From positions 18,227 to 82,226 of IMG/VR virus record IMGVR_UViG_3300020161_002811: DNA of 64,000 bases. One strand, written 5' to 3'. The position numbers and the translations under genes are program-made. This DNA comes from a virus. Taxonomy: Duplodnaviria; Caudoviricetes. Positions 29,504-41,100 of the stretch are shown piece after piece; position 1 is the first letter of the stretch; each line of letters starts with the position of its first letter. The notes beneath the pieces are model-generated. The model was not told where the DNA came from, searched no databases, and was given only the letters and a program-made list of their open reading frames with translations.

Positions 29504-29871
29504 TAGTGGACCATAAACCTTGGTATTCCAGTATTTACCCTGTATTGATAGGCTCTATTATATCCAGAATTGGTATCGTCATAATAGTTTATCACATAAG
29601 GTTTTGCTTCATTGTTATCCCTGAAACCTATTAGGCACCTAGAACCTGGTACGGGAGCAACAATCTGAACCCCTCTAACGCTGGGGCATACTACGTCTTT
29701 AATTATATTTCCTACATTTTCTGAATGATGATCTTCCAATACTACAACTGCGGTATTGTTATTGTTATTGTAGGACATAATTACTCCAGGCCTTGACCTA
29801 GATCTTTGCATCTGGGATAGATCAATTTGGTCTTGTATTTTTTTGTCAAATTTTGGATAATTAACTGGCAT
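29503..29871 (-). CDS. baseplate spike N-terminal OB-fold protein (gp5/gpV/gp138-like)
   Basis: RPGVIMSYN..NTAVVVL...DVVCPSVRGV...PVPGSRCLIGF pattern. Confidence 0.65.
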   Translation of the reverse strand: MPVNYPKFDKKIQDQIDLSQMQRSRSRPGVIMSYNNNNNTAVVVLEDHHSENVGNIIKDVVCPSVRGVQIVAPVPGSRCLIGFRDNNEAKPYVINYYDDTNSGYNRAYQYRVNTGIPRFMVH

Positions 29872-29902
29872 AAAAGATCTCCTTATTCATAAACTATTAT
29901 GC

Positions 29903-32167
29903 TTAATCATTTACTAAATACTCTCCATTTAGCCATCTATCGATGTATGCGGCGGAATTCTGGCCTTGTGTACTAGCACTTTGGGAATATACGTCTTTAA
30001 CCCATTTCTTTAATGCTGCTTCAGTGCCTCCACCATTTACATAGACTCTTACAGCGTGTTCAAATTTAACTGATCCCAGCCATCCATATGGGTCTTTGTA
30101 GTTATCGCCCCATGCCGCAAATAAATATCCGGTTTCTGGTGTAGTTCCCAGTTTTGGAAAACCGTAATATGGGGCTTGTCTGGTTACTAAAGTCCAGAAC
30201 ATATATGCTTGATTTAATGGTATCCAGACTCTACGGTCAACTAGTTCTCTTAATCTTATAACAGCGCCGTTGTGATCGCCTTTTGCATAAAATAATTCTA
30301 ATTTATATTTTTCATTTAATTTTTCATTATAATTATCTATAGTAGGGGGTTGCTCTCCAGGATAAACTGTAGTCCAATTTTTGCTTGCTAGTTGCCATCC
30401 TTGCATTTTCTCTTTAGTTGTTCCCTCTGTTAATTCGTAGGTCTTTGTACCGTGTGCCCCTGACACACTAGAGCCCCTTTTAATTGTTCCATTCCTATAT
30501 TCCCTAAATCCACCAACGCCCATGTTGATCTGGAATATACCCAAAGACATGAAGTCGCCACTTAAGGTGTTGGGATTACATGAAGTCGGATTGCCCCCAC
30601 CACTTTCTCTGACGGTAATTGCGGTCATAATTGCTGCGGTTTCTTTTCCGCATACAGTAGTGTGTAGCAGTTCGTATACTGCGTCCTGCCCTAAGTTGGT
30701 TCCCCAGTCACCATAGTAATTTTTTGTAAGGTTAGATGTAGGGGGAGCTGCTGCTGTCGGAATAGGAATAAAACTTCCGTCAGAGGGATCGAGCATAAAC
30801 CCAGGAGGTACTCCGTTAACTTGTCCATCGACAGCAACAATCCCTGCTGGATTCATTGCTCCACCAGGTCCCGTATACTTTCCAGCGCGCATTCCACTAA
30901 AGCTTAGGTGTATATGATTGGTATGGTTATTGTCTCTATTATCGGCAAAGAAGTTTACATACTCTAGCCATGGTCGACCTATTTTAAATGCGTTGGTACT
31001 TGCATCATTATTGCCACTTTGGTCGATGTTATAATTAATGGCGTAGTCTTGATGGATGCACAATAGGTCTGGAAGCAAGTACGGAGCTACATCTCCCAGG
31101 GTATCCAGCAGCAGTGTTAAAGGACCATCGTATACATCTTTAGTAACTCCGGGACTCAGATCTATTGCATTACTATTAATATTACCAACTGAAAATATGT
31201 CAACGGCTCTTCCGCTAGAGTGATCGCTCAGCCATACCTCACCTTCATCATTTGGTTCCTTTGTCAACGCTCTTCCAGCACTGAATTGGCCATGAATAAC
31301 TACGCCCTTTGAATGTAAAGCCAGTAGCAGCTCTATTAAAGCAGGAGCTACATAGGCATTTATGTCCGTTGGATCTTCTAGAATAATATCTTTAGAAATG
31401 ATTCTCTGTGAGTCACCCACTATGGCATCTGGAAAATATGTATCTTCTCCGTTAAATACCGTGATTCCATCGGCAGCATATTTATTAGCAATGTCAAATT
31501 TAAAACTTGTATCAGTAAAAGTGTTAGGATATTTAGAGCGCAATAAATCTATCCTCTCTTGATACCATCCCTTTTCTAGTTCAGTCATTTGAGTAAAAAG
31601 TGCTACATTTCTCATGCCTGCACTCTGAGCTTCAGTGGACGGTATCTCACTTCCAGTAGATGGATCAGCCGTAGTGCCTGCCGTCTCTGTGCCATAGTTA
31701 CCAACACTTATCTGTTGCATATTGGCTATTGAGCTACTAACGAACGATCCACTAAAATTTTTTCCACTCAATGAATTTGCTATAATTCTATTGATTGCGG
31801 CTCCTCCAGTTAAATTACTAGTCCCCTTATCGTCTCCTTGACTTTCGGGATTACTAACTTTAACATTTGGATTTTCCTGATTGCCTGCTGATGCTATTGA
31901 TCCGCTGCCTGTAATCAGTGTATTTAGCGAAGAAGATACACTTTTGTTCATTGCAGCAATAGCGTACTTTGGACTTCTAAAAAACGCATCACCATTTATT
32001 ACATCTGATAATGTTCTTGCGCTTAGAGTTTGACCAACCATAGGTCTGCTGACTGAGGCGCTAGTGTTTTTTACTGGAGTTTTTCCGCCCGGAAAAAAGT
32101 CTGCATGCAATGAAGTTGCAAATGATGCTGAATTGGCTAAGGCTGCATTATTAAAACTAAATGACAT
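29903..32167 (-). CDS. tail-associated peptidoglycan hydrolase with M15-like Zn peptidase and lysozyme/SLT-like domains
   Basis: SDHSSGRAVD (about 31200-31230) and HTNHIHLS (about 30901-30927) form the H-x6-D...H set. AITVRESGG (Glu at 30605-30607) plus GIFQIN (about 30525-30545) is a lytic transglycosylase signature. Confidence 0.8.
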   Translation of the reverse strand: MSFSFNNAALANSASFATSLHADFFPGGKTPVKNTSASVSRPMVGQTLSARTLSDVINGDAFFRSPKYAIAAMNKSVSSSLNTLITGSGSIASAGNQENPNVKVSNPESQGDDKGTSNLTGGAAINRIIANSLSGKNFSGSFVSSSIANMQQISVGNYGTETAGTTADPSTGSEIPSTEAQSAGMRNVALFTQMTELEKGWYQERIDLLRSKYPNTFTDTSFKFDIANKYAADGITVFNGEDTYFPDAIVGDSQRIISKDIILEDPTDINAYVAPALIELLLALHSKGVVIHGQFSAGRALTKEPNDEGEVWLSDHSSGRAVDIFSVGNINSNAIDLSPGVTKDVYDGPLTLLLDTLGDVAPYLLPDLLCIHQDYAINYNIDQSGNNDASTNAFKIGRPWLEYVNFFADNRDNNHTNHIHLSFSGMRAGKYTGPGGAMNPAGIVAVDGQVNGVPPGFMLDPSDGSFIPIPTAAAPPTSNLTKNYYGDWGTNLGQDAVYELLHTTVCGKETAAIMTAITVRESGGGNPTSCNPNTLSGDFMSLGIFQINMGVGGFREYRNGTIKRGSSVSGAHGTKTYELTEGTTKEKMQGWQLASKNWTTVYPGEQPPTIDNYNEKLNEKYKLELFYAKGDHNGAVIRLRELVDRRVWIPLNQAYMFWTLVTRQAPYYGFPKLGTTPETGYLFAAWGDNYKDPYGWLGSVKFEHAVRVYVNGGGTEAALKKWVKDVYSQSASTQGQNSAAYIDRWLNGEYLVND

Positions 32168-32176
32168 TTTTTATTC

Positions 32177-35100
32177 CTACGTTCCTGGATTCAATGTAAC
32201 TTGTCTTGGAATTAACGCTGATTCTTCTGCGCTAATAACTGATTGAGACTCTATCTGCAACTGCTTTGTATAAACTTTTGCAAGATTATTAACGACGAGT
32301 TCCCAGTTTAGAGTAGCGGGATATCCATCTTCATAATATTCATCCCAGAATATAGTAGGCCACTCATTAACCTTTTCGTAAGTTGCCTCTAATACCTTAA
32401 AGCAAACTAGATTGTTATAAAATCTAGTAAAGTCTTCTTCCGTCAGTCCGTAATCTGCCACTGATTGTATAGAAAGATCTAATGGTGGAGTGTATTGAAT
32501 ACCTAAAGTATTGATTTTGTCTATAATTTTAGATCTTTTTACATTGAGAGGAGACTCCTCGTATATCGAAGTAAAGAACTTTTGAGTAACGGGATTGGAT
32601 AAGTCTCCAACCTCTATTACTTTTCCTCGGTTTGTGGCAAAACATGATCTAACAAAGTCTTTTGCTTGATTAATAACTGATTCTGGCTGGTAATACCAAA
32701 CTGTTGCCATTGCTCTAGTTCCCTCATCCCCCATGAAAGAATCTTTTGTATAATTTGCAAGTGTATTTTCGGTGGCTCCAGGTTCAAACTGAGCTTCAAA
32801 TATAACGTCATTACTTGAGCTATTGCTAACTTTTAATCTTAATACAAATACTTTATTAGATAATTTACTCTGTGTGTAGATCTTAGCTCTACCCCCAGGG
32901 GTTGAAGTGGACGTTAGTGTTGTTGTGTTGTCAAATGGGTAATTTACATCCCCACCTGGTTGACTTGGAAGTGTTCCGACTCTTGTGGTATTAGTTTCTC
33001 CTGTGTCCATTCCGTCAAATCTCACAGTAAAAGTTGCTCCAGATATAACGTCTTCAACATCAAAGGTGTCACCGTCTTCAAATTTAGTAACTGTTGCTAT
33101 TACTTTAAATAAGGACGTTTGCAGGGAAGTTTTTTCTGGACCAAGTCCGCTAAGACTAAGAACTCGAGCGTGTGTTAGTGCATTTTCGTAGTCAGTGTAT
33201 CTAACTAAGTCTTTTATTTCAGTTTCCTGCCATCCTAGGCTCTTTAACAGGTCATCGCTTCTAATGAACGCATTTCCTTCAGGAGTTTTTACTTTTGTTT
33301 TTGTCCCTAAAATTCCTGGTAATAAAGCTTTCGTGTGATATCTGCCCACGACCATACCTTGATTATATGATAATCCTGCGTCCATTGGCTGACCATTCTT
33401 ATTGAGATACTGAACATAGCAGCCATGCTGATCGAGTACATTATCCCTTAGCCATGTCCAGCCCTTCCATGCTAATTGCCCAACAATTGGAACTGCCCTT
33501 GCTAAAGATGCTCCTACCACTGCAATAACCGTTTCTGCTCCTGGAGTTTTGCCTTGCCCTGTTCTTGTTATCTCATCTCGTGCTTTATCCGGAAGACTTA
33601 GTGCAGTTTGATTTGCCATAATGTCTTTCATTAAAGCTGAAGATCCGTGCGTATACTGAATTCCGCCAATCATCTGTGTACTCAAGGAGTCTGCCAGGGC
33701 ATCTACAGAAATATTACCACCCATGTTTATACCAGAGTTTGATGCCATAATATTATCCATGTAGAATCTAGTGTCATTTCTTAGGTTCTGCATGCTCAGC
33801 CATGAGTGCAACCATGTCGACATAAACCATCTAGAGGGATCATTAACTGTAACTAAGGCATTGGGTGTGATACTGGTAATATATCCCATCTCTGAAGTAA
33901 AATGATGGACTACTTGTTCTACCTCAAATATTCCATACATTCTACTATAGACATCAGATAGGTATACTAAGTCGTGCGGTCTAATATCTGGATTTCCTAC
34001 CAAGGTGAGTTCTCCACCATAGATATCCTTAATAGATTCCTTTAGATGAGATAGTGCCACTCTTCTCGCGGATAGTTCGTCTGGAGTGCCTTGTAATGTT
34101 TTTGCATATCCTCTAAACGTTTCCAGCGGATGCATAAATGGGTGAAGTACTCCAAGGAATCCAGAACCAACCATATTGTCATAATATAATCCAGTTTCAA
34201 CTGTGGTCTCTGTTTGACGCTCCGATGGAGCACCTTTATCTAATGCAACTGTTACTGGATTTTTTCCATCAGAAACGGCTGTAATAACAGTTGAGACGTT
34301 ATTTAAATTTTCTTGAATTTGATTAGATATAATATGAGAGAAAGAACTTAAATAATGTATTCTTTGGAATGGCTGGCGAACCTCTACTACAGGCTCTCCA
34401 TATTCTCTAGTGAATGGATTGTCAACCGCCCTTAGTAGCGTTCCTGGTCTTCCAAGTGAATAGTATATTGAATCATTTAATACCTTATTAAGAATATGAG
34501 CCTGCTTGCTAAAGTTCCCAACTTCAGAAAGTGCATATCCCATCTGCATCATGCTCAACTTAAACATACCCAAGAGTGAGCTCAGGCCATCTCCAATAGC
34601 TCCAAGTATTGGACCAATATTGGCGTTATAAAAATCTGATACGTCTTCAGTTATTCCACCAATAAACGTTGAAGAGTTACTTCCCTCCCCCTTTGTCGAA
34701 ACTAAAAGCTTTAGGAATTTACTATTGTCTTTAGCGTATTGGCTATATGGATTAATGAATGCTTCAAACACTTTATCGACTGGCTTAAAGGACCACTGTC
34801 CATCTTCGCCTCCTCCGCCAGCTGTAATGGCACCACGTTTTCTGTCTGGCTTAAGCACTAGCCAAGCTCTACCATATCCAGAGCTCCAAAGCTTTTGTCT
34901 AAATAATCCAACCATCAATAAGAATAGTTGCTTAGGTGTCTTAACTGCTTCTGATAAATTTATTGCAGTTTCTGGATTATCTTTATTCTCAATTGAAATT
35001 GAGAGCGCATTATTAATTACCTGTGTTTCAAAGAAATTTGACCTGATGCCATCTAGTGATCTAGAGATAACGCTATTGAAATACTGTATAATTCCAGCGT

Positions 35101-38100
35101 CACCTTGAACTCCTTTGCTTTGATAGTCTATATAGTTTTTTCTAATAAATTCCACAGCTTCTATTTTATCTTGAGGTGTAGATTTAGTAGAACCGTAATT
35201 GCTTCCGTATTCAGTTTCTGAATTAAAGAAATCGGAACCCAATAGAATAGCCAATTCATCTACTCCCGTACCGTCAGTTGCGGAAAGACCAGGAATCTTT
35301 ATATTAGATTCTGAGAAATTTTGAAATGAGGTAGTATTATTTGCTCCTAGTATTCTTGAGAATTCTTCAGGGAAAGGATCTGTTGAATCAGCGTCCATGC
35401 CATATGTTTTAGTGAATATAGCCTTAACACTTTCGTAGGTGTGATATCCAAATCTAAACTGATCCCAAATATCGCTTGCCTGATTAAGTGTTCTTCCGTT
35501 TCCAGCTATTACCGAAACATTAGGGTCAAAATTTTCATCGTAAAAAGATCTAGCTTCAACTGAAGTTGAATCCATTGGCGAATAGACAGCGGCAAAACCG
35601 ACTCGTTGACCACCAGTGTCTCTATCGCCGGTATCGTATGATTCCTTATCGAGGCGTTCATATAAGTTACCCTTATCTAGGGCATCGTAGTCCTTATCTA
35701 GGATTGCTTGAAAGTAGCTTGGATCATCTCCACTTTGAAGAATGTTCCCACCATACTCATAATTTATAGCAGTGATCTTAGCGTTCTCCGCAGAATATTC
35801 TTCCAGTGAGTTATTACGACGACCAGCAGCCGCGCTAGTCCCTTTAGAATCGCCAAGATCTTCGGGAATAAGGGCTGATTTTGAGGCAATAAATTTATTG
35901 CTATCTCCATTATCATTTATGGCGTATTCTCCAAAGCCAATAATATATGCATTTGCGTCAGTGGTGTCATAAAATCTTTTTGCCGGAGCTGCGGCGGCTG
36001 CAACGACTCCTAATGGGGTGCTGTCAGGGACGAAGGCAAAGAGACAATCAACGTCTCGTGGGAAAGTGCTTAGGCCGCTTAATTTTTCTAATTGAGCGTA
36101 TGTACTATTTGCTATGGTCATATCTAAGGTATTCGAATCATGGCTTTTCAAATTTGCCCAAGCGGGTAAAGACTCTGAGAGTTCACTAATTAAATCAGCT
36201 CCCTGATTAAGGTGAGACACGAATGTTCCCAGGTACCACGCAGCGTCGGGAGATACAACTGCTGCAACTTCTTCATCATTATCCTCTCCCCACATAAAGT
36301 ATGCCGGGACACAAACAACTGCCCTTCCCGTTAATGGACTAAATACAAGTACTCTTCTTTTTTTATAGTCGCTTGCTGTTCCATATAGATCTTCATTGGG
36401 GAAGTAAATGTCTTTAAATTTACTGAGTGACGAATCGGGAATCGGTCCATCGGATGTAGTAGGCAAATAGGGCCATTTCATGGCTATGTAGAATTGCTCT
36501 TCCGCAGCAGTTGCTGGACAACCCCATTCCTCATATGTTATTTGTTGATTTAATTCATATTCAAAACTGAAATCATCCGAATTCTCTTCTGTTTGAGCAG
36601 TAGTACTATTGATCATCTCAAAGCCTACTAAAGGATAGTTTTCTTTCTGTAAAGAAGAAACAGACGGCAGCGGCATTCTTGCGACAGTAGTTTGATCTAA
36701 ATTTAAAAACTCCACGCCAGAAGAATCAATCGAGTCCATAAGACTCGTAAAACCTAAAGGTCTATCTAATTCCAATATGCCAGAACTAGGTCTTATTGTA
36801 ATCTCCGTCTCTTGCAAAAAGCGCGATTCTAGTTGAAGAAAATATATTAAGTTTACTGCCAACGTAGCCCCACCTTCTGTGTACTCAGATGATTTTATGG
36901 CTTCATTGTATCTATCCATTACATTTTTTTGATTGAACAGAGTTTTATCAAAATCGTCAAGGTCATTAGTATCTATTTCATTTTTGGCTGAAAGAAGGTC
37001 AGTAAATCCAGAAAGTAAGCCACCATCTCTAATCTCATAAGATTTTTTATCAAGAACTGTAGTTTCGGATATTGTATAAAATGGGTATTTGAATCTTACT
37101 GGAAGATTATCTAGTTGTCTATGATCATAACTAGGAGTCAAAGGTGCATACGTTGTGGGATTAGTGCTGACGGGTAAGTGAAAGCCCATTTTAACTTTAC
37201 CAGAACTGATAGGAAGTTTAGAAATAATAATTTCATTTCCGTCTGCGTCTTTGGTCGTTCTTATCTTTGCTAGATTTGAATTAAAATTCAATAGCTTTCC
37301 TGTTAGACTTTTTGTTGGAGCATACTCTCCAGTAGAAGATGCTTGATCTATTGCTAATCCAGCCATGACATCGCTAAGTTCTTCAGATCTCTTAAACGCT
37401 TCGTAATCAGCTAATGAATTAGACTGCTTATTTACATTATTCATAATTGTCTGAATATCGTCATTAGGACTTCTATCTTTTGGATAGCCTGGAAGATTTA
37501 ATTCATTAGCTTTTCTTACGCTTGGGAAACCAGTAGTCACTGGAACTACACCGGAAGTATATAACCAATGTGGCTTTCCATAAAAAATAGTAGATCTATC
37601 TTCAAAGGGCCTAACTGCTACTATGTAATTTGGCAATAGCCTTGCGCACATTTGGAAAAGATCCCATACCGTTCTCATGTATGTTTGTGCACGGAATGAT
37701 ACTTCGTCAAATCCGCTTAAGTCATCGTCAGAATTAGGTGCTATAATTCCCATTGTTTTAAATACGTTATTGCCCCCTCTGCCCCTTAGCAGGCCCATGA
37801 GCGCTCCACCTCCTGCCACTCCCGCAAGGACGTTGACTCCGGGTATAGCTGCAACTCCTGCTGTTAAGCCGCCCAATAGTACGTTCTTTACTGCTCCTGC
37901 TCTTCCTTCTGCGGAAATTAACTCATTACCTTCAACATAGGAATCTATAGTGTTATTAGCCGAAACTGAGCCATTTTGAGCTTCTACTATTAATCTATTC
38001 CAAGATCTATCTGTTCCATTTTCCAGGTATGCTTGCCCAGCTAGAGTTTTTCCATCGCCTTCAACCAAGGAAGCCGCAGTCAGCCATCCATCGTCTAGGT

Positions 38101-41100
38101 CTCCACCTAAGAATTGTGCGAACCCGGTTCCATTTCCAGGATAAATATTTCTTTTATATAATTCAAGATCTACTTCTGAAGAAAAATTAGACATTAGTTG
38201 ACCCATACTGGTCATGATTTTTCCATCCCCAAAAAATGTACTAACAGGATTTCTTGTGAATACATTTGTTGATAATTTAAAGGTTGCGGCATTAGCTGCT
38301 CCACCAATATCTCCTTGCCCAGCGTTAGCGTAAGCGTTGGTGACGACGTTTCTCAATCCATCGGCTCTTTGTCTTTCAACTTCGTTGATTGGCTCATATA
38401 GTATTGTGCCAAAATGTCTAATGCCAAATCTATTTTCAGAAAAAACAGTTCCCAGAGTTGCTCTTGCTATCGCTTCGCGAACCCTGGATGCTCCCATACT
38501 TAAGAGTCTAACCATTAAGTCTCTTGGCTCAGAAAGGTACATGCCAGTATCTACTCCGCCATCGATTTTTCCGGAGTCACCCTTTTTATTTGTTGAGTTG
38601 ACTACGGCACCTAGTTCAATTGCGTCAGATTGGGCAGTGATAGTAACTATCTCCCCTTCTTCAACATTTGTTATAACTCCATTGAATAGTGTTTGCAGTG
38701 AGTTTGGATTCGAGCCATATCCGCCTCTTAAGTGAAGTCTAACTCCTGGCTTTAATCTTATGTTGTTAATGTCAACAACGTAATCATTTCTCATTCCGGA
38801 AATAATATTTTTAGCTATATTTAGAGTTCTATCTAAGATTGCGCTAATTCCATCTATAGGCGTTAGGGGATCATTGTTGAAGTCGTCATTACCTGCGTTA
38901 AATATATCTGTAGACGGGCGCGTTGTTAACTTGGAGTACATGTTTGAAACTCTTAATATTAATGTGTCTCCTAATAAATCTTCAGATGATACAACTGAAA
39001 AATCTATAACAGACTGAAGTCCATAGAAATTATCGAACAATTTAACGCCTGCAAACATTCCACCTTCATCTATAAGCCATAGCATGTAAGTAGGGAATGC
39101 TCTAATCATGCGCCCAGATATATCTCTATATTGGACATCATTCAACATCTTTTCCATATGATTATTAAAGGAGCCATCATAAGCTTTTTGGTACGCAGAC
39201 AGCGGTTGAGCTCCACTGATTCCGGTTAAAGATTTAGTGCAGCCTGTATCTGGGGTCTGCATATCTTTTACATAATTGCTTTCGAGCTTTTTTGCGCCAT
39301 CTTCAATTTTAACATTAGCGCCTTCTATTGTAAGGTAAAATCTTCCAGTATCTTTATCAATATAGCCAAAATGCGTTCCAAGAGCGCTGTACATTATTGC
39401 TGGAATTTCACTAGCGGATTGTTCTTCAGGATTAGTTAGTGGAAGTAAATTAATAATTTTATGAAAATCGACTTCATCTGGATCAAAACTAACAAATTCT
39501 TCTTCTGCTAAATGAGAACTAGACAACACTTGTGCAATAATATTTTCTGTTTGCGAACTTGTAATTCCAACATTACCTATAACGAATGGTGCTCCATTAA
39601 ACTCTTCAAAGAGTTGGCTACTCTCAGATGACTGTGAAGCTAAGAATATATAATCAGTTAAAAGTGCAGTCTTTGAATAATTATTAATGGTGTCATGGTC
39701 TGGCTCTAATGAAGCTTGTTGAAACAACGCAATAAAGTTATGAATACTGATTCCAGACTCATTTACATAGTCTATCATTTCATTGATTAAATCCTGATTT
39801 GTTTGTCTTCTAGATTCCATTGCAACAGCGTTTGTGGCGTCCGTGAATGAATATCTTCTCATGAAATCTTTAATCCTATTTTTTACAGATTGAATTTTTC
39901 TTTCAATGGCATCAGCTCCACTAGGACCATCAGTATTTCTTGCCCATTTGTCTGTACTGTCAAAAGTAAAAGCCTTAGTTAGATCTACTTGAGTAGTATT
40001 ATTATTTATAATGTCACGATCAAACATTTCGAAACTTCTAAAATAGAAATCTGGATCTAGGTTGCCAACAATATCTCCATTCTTATCCTTTACGCCTAAT
40101 GGAAGGTCGGGGTAGGCATTGAATGAGCCCCACAATTGCTTCATTCTTAAGAAGGGATTTCTCTTCGTGCCAAAGTGATTAATTAAGTCTTCTTGTTGCT
40201 TTGAAGAAATTTTTTCTCTCTGCTGCTGGAATATGTCAAAGTCAACTAGGCTCAGTTGGACTGAGTAGACATGTGGGTAATTCGGTATTGTGTCCACTTT
40301 ATAATTGAGTGGTAATACATATTTAATACCAGATAACGCAGTTATAATATTTTTAATTCCTAAGAATCCTATAACTCCAGTAGAATGTTCTAATCTAGCT
40401 AGACCATTAACATGGTCAAATACTGATCTAATTTTTAATAATTCTTTTTCACCAAACACAGTCATGGACACATTGATATAACTATCTTTTCCGCCAATGT
40501 ATTGATAGCTAGGCTCGTCTTGCATTTGAATTTGTAGTTTTGCTAAATTATTACCCATCGAAACACTAACGCCGTTAACTATGGCATTTTTTGGATCTAG
40601 ATCTACGCGATTCATTGGAACTTCCCACTCATTAAAGTGGTAGTCTCCATCTTTCAGCCTAGTTGCCTCCATCATATTCTTGACAAAGCCATCCGTAAAG
40701 AATCTTTCATACATATTTACTTGAAATGCTTCAGTTACCTGCTGTTTAACCTTTTCTCTATCTGGCTCTATTCCGGTACTTTTGGTCTGTCTAGCAATTT
40801 CTTCGTCAATCAAGATATCTAATATCTCTCCAGAATTATCGGCTCTTTGATCAAACCTATGCTTGATCTCATTTAAGCTCTTATCGCTTGTTAACACTCC
40901 GTTTAGATAGTAAGACTCTTCAGTACTAGAGTATTGAGAGAAGTATCCGGCTACCAAAACTCTTTCTTCTGACCCCAAATAATCTGTAAGCCACTTTTTT
41001 TTCTCTTCATCTAGTCTAGTTGCATTTTCAGCTACAAAAGATTTTGCTAAATAAAGATAGATTTTTTTCTTAGTGTCAGTAGTGGATATGCCTGCGGTAA

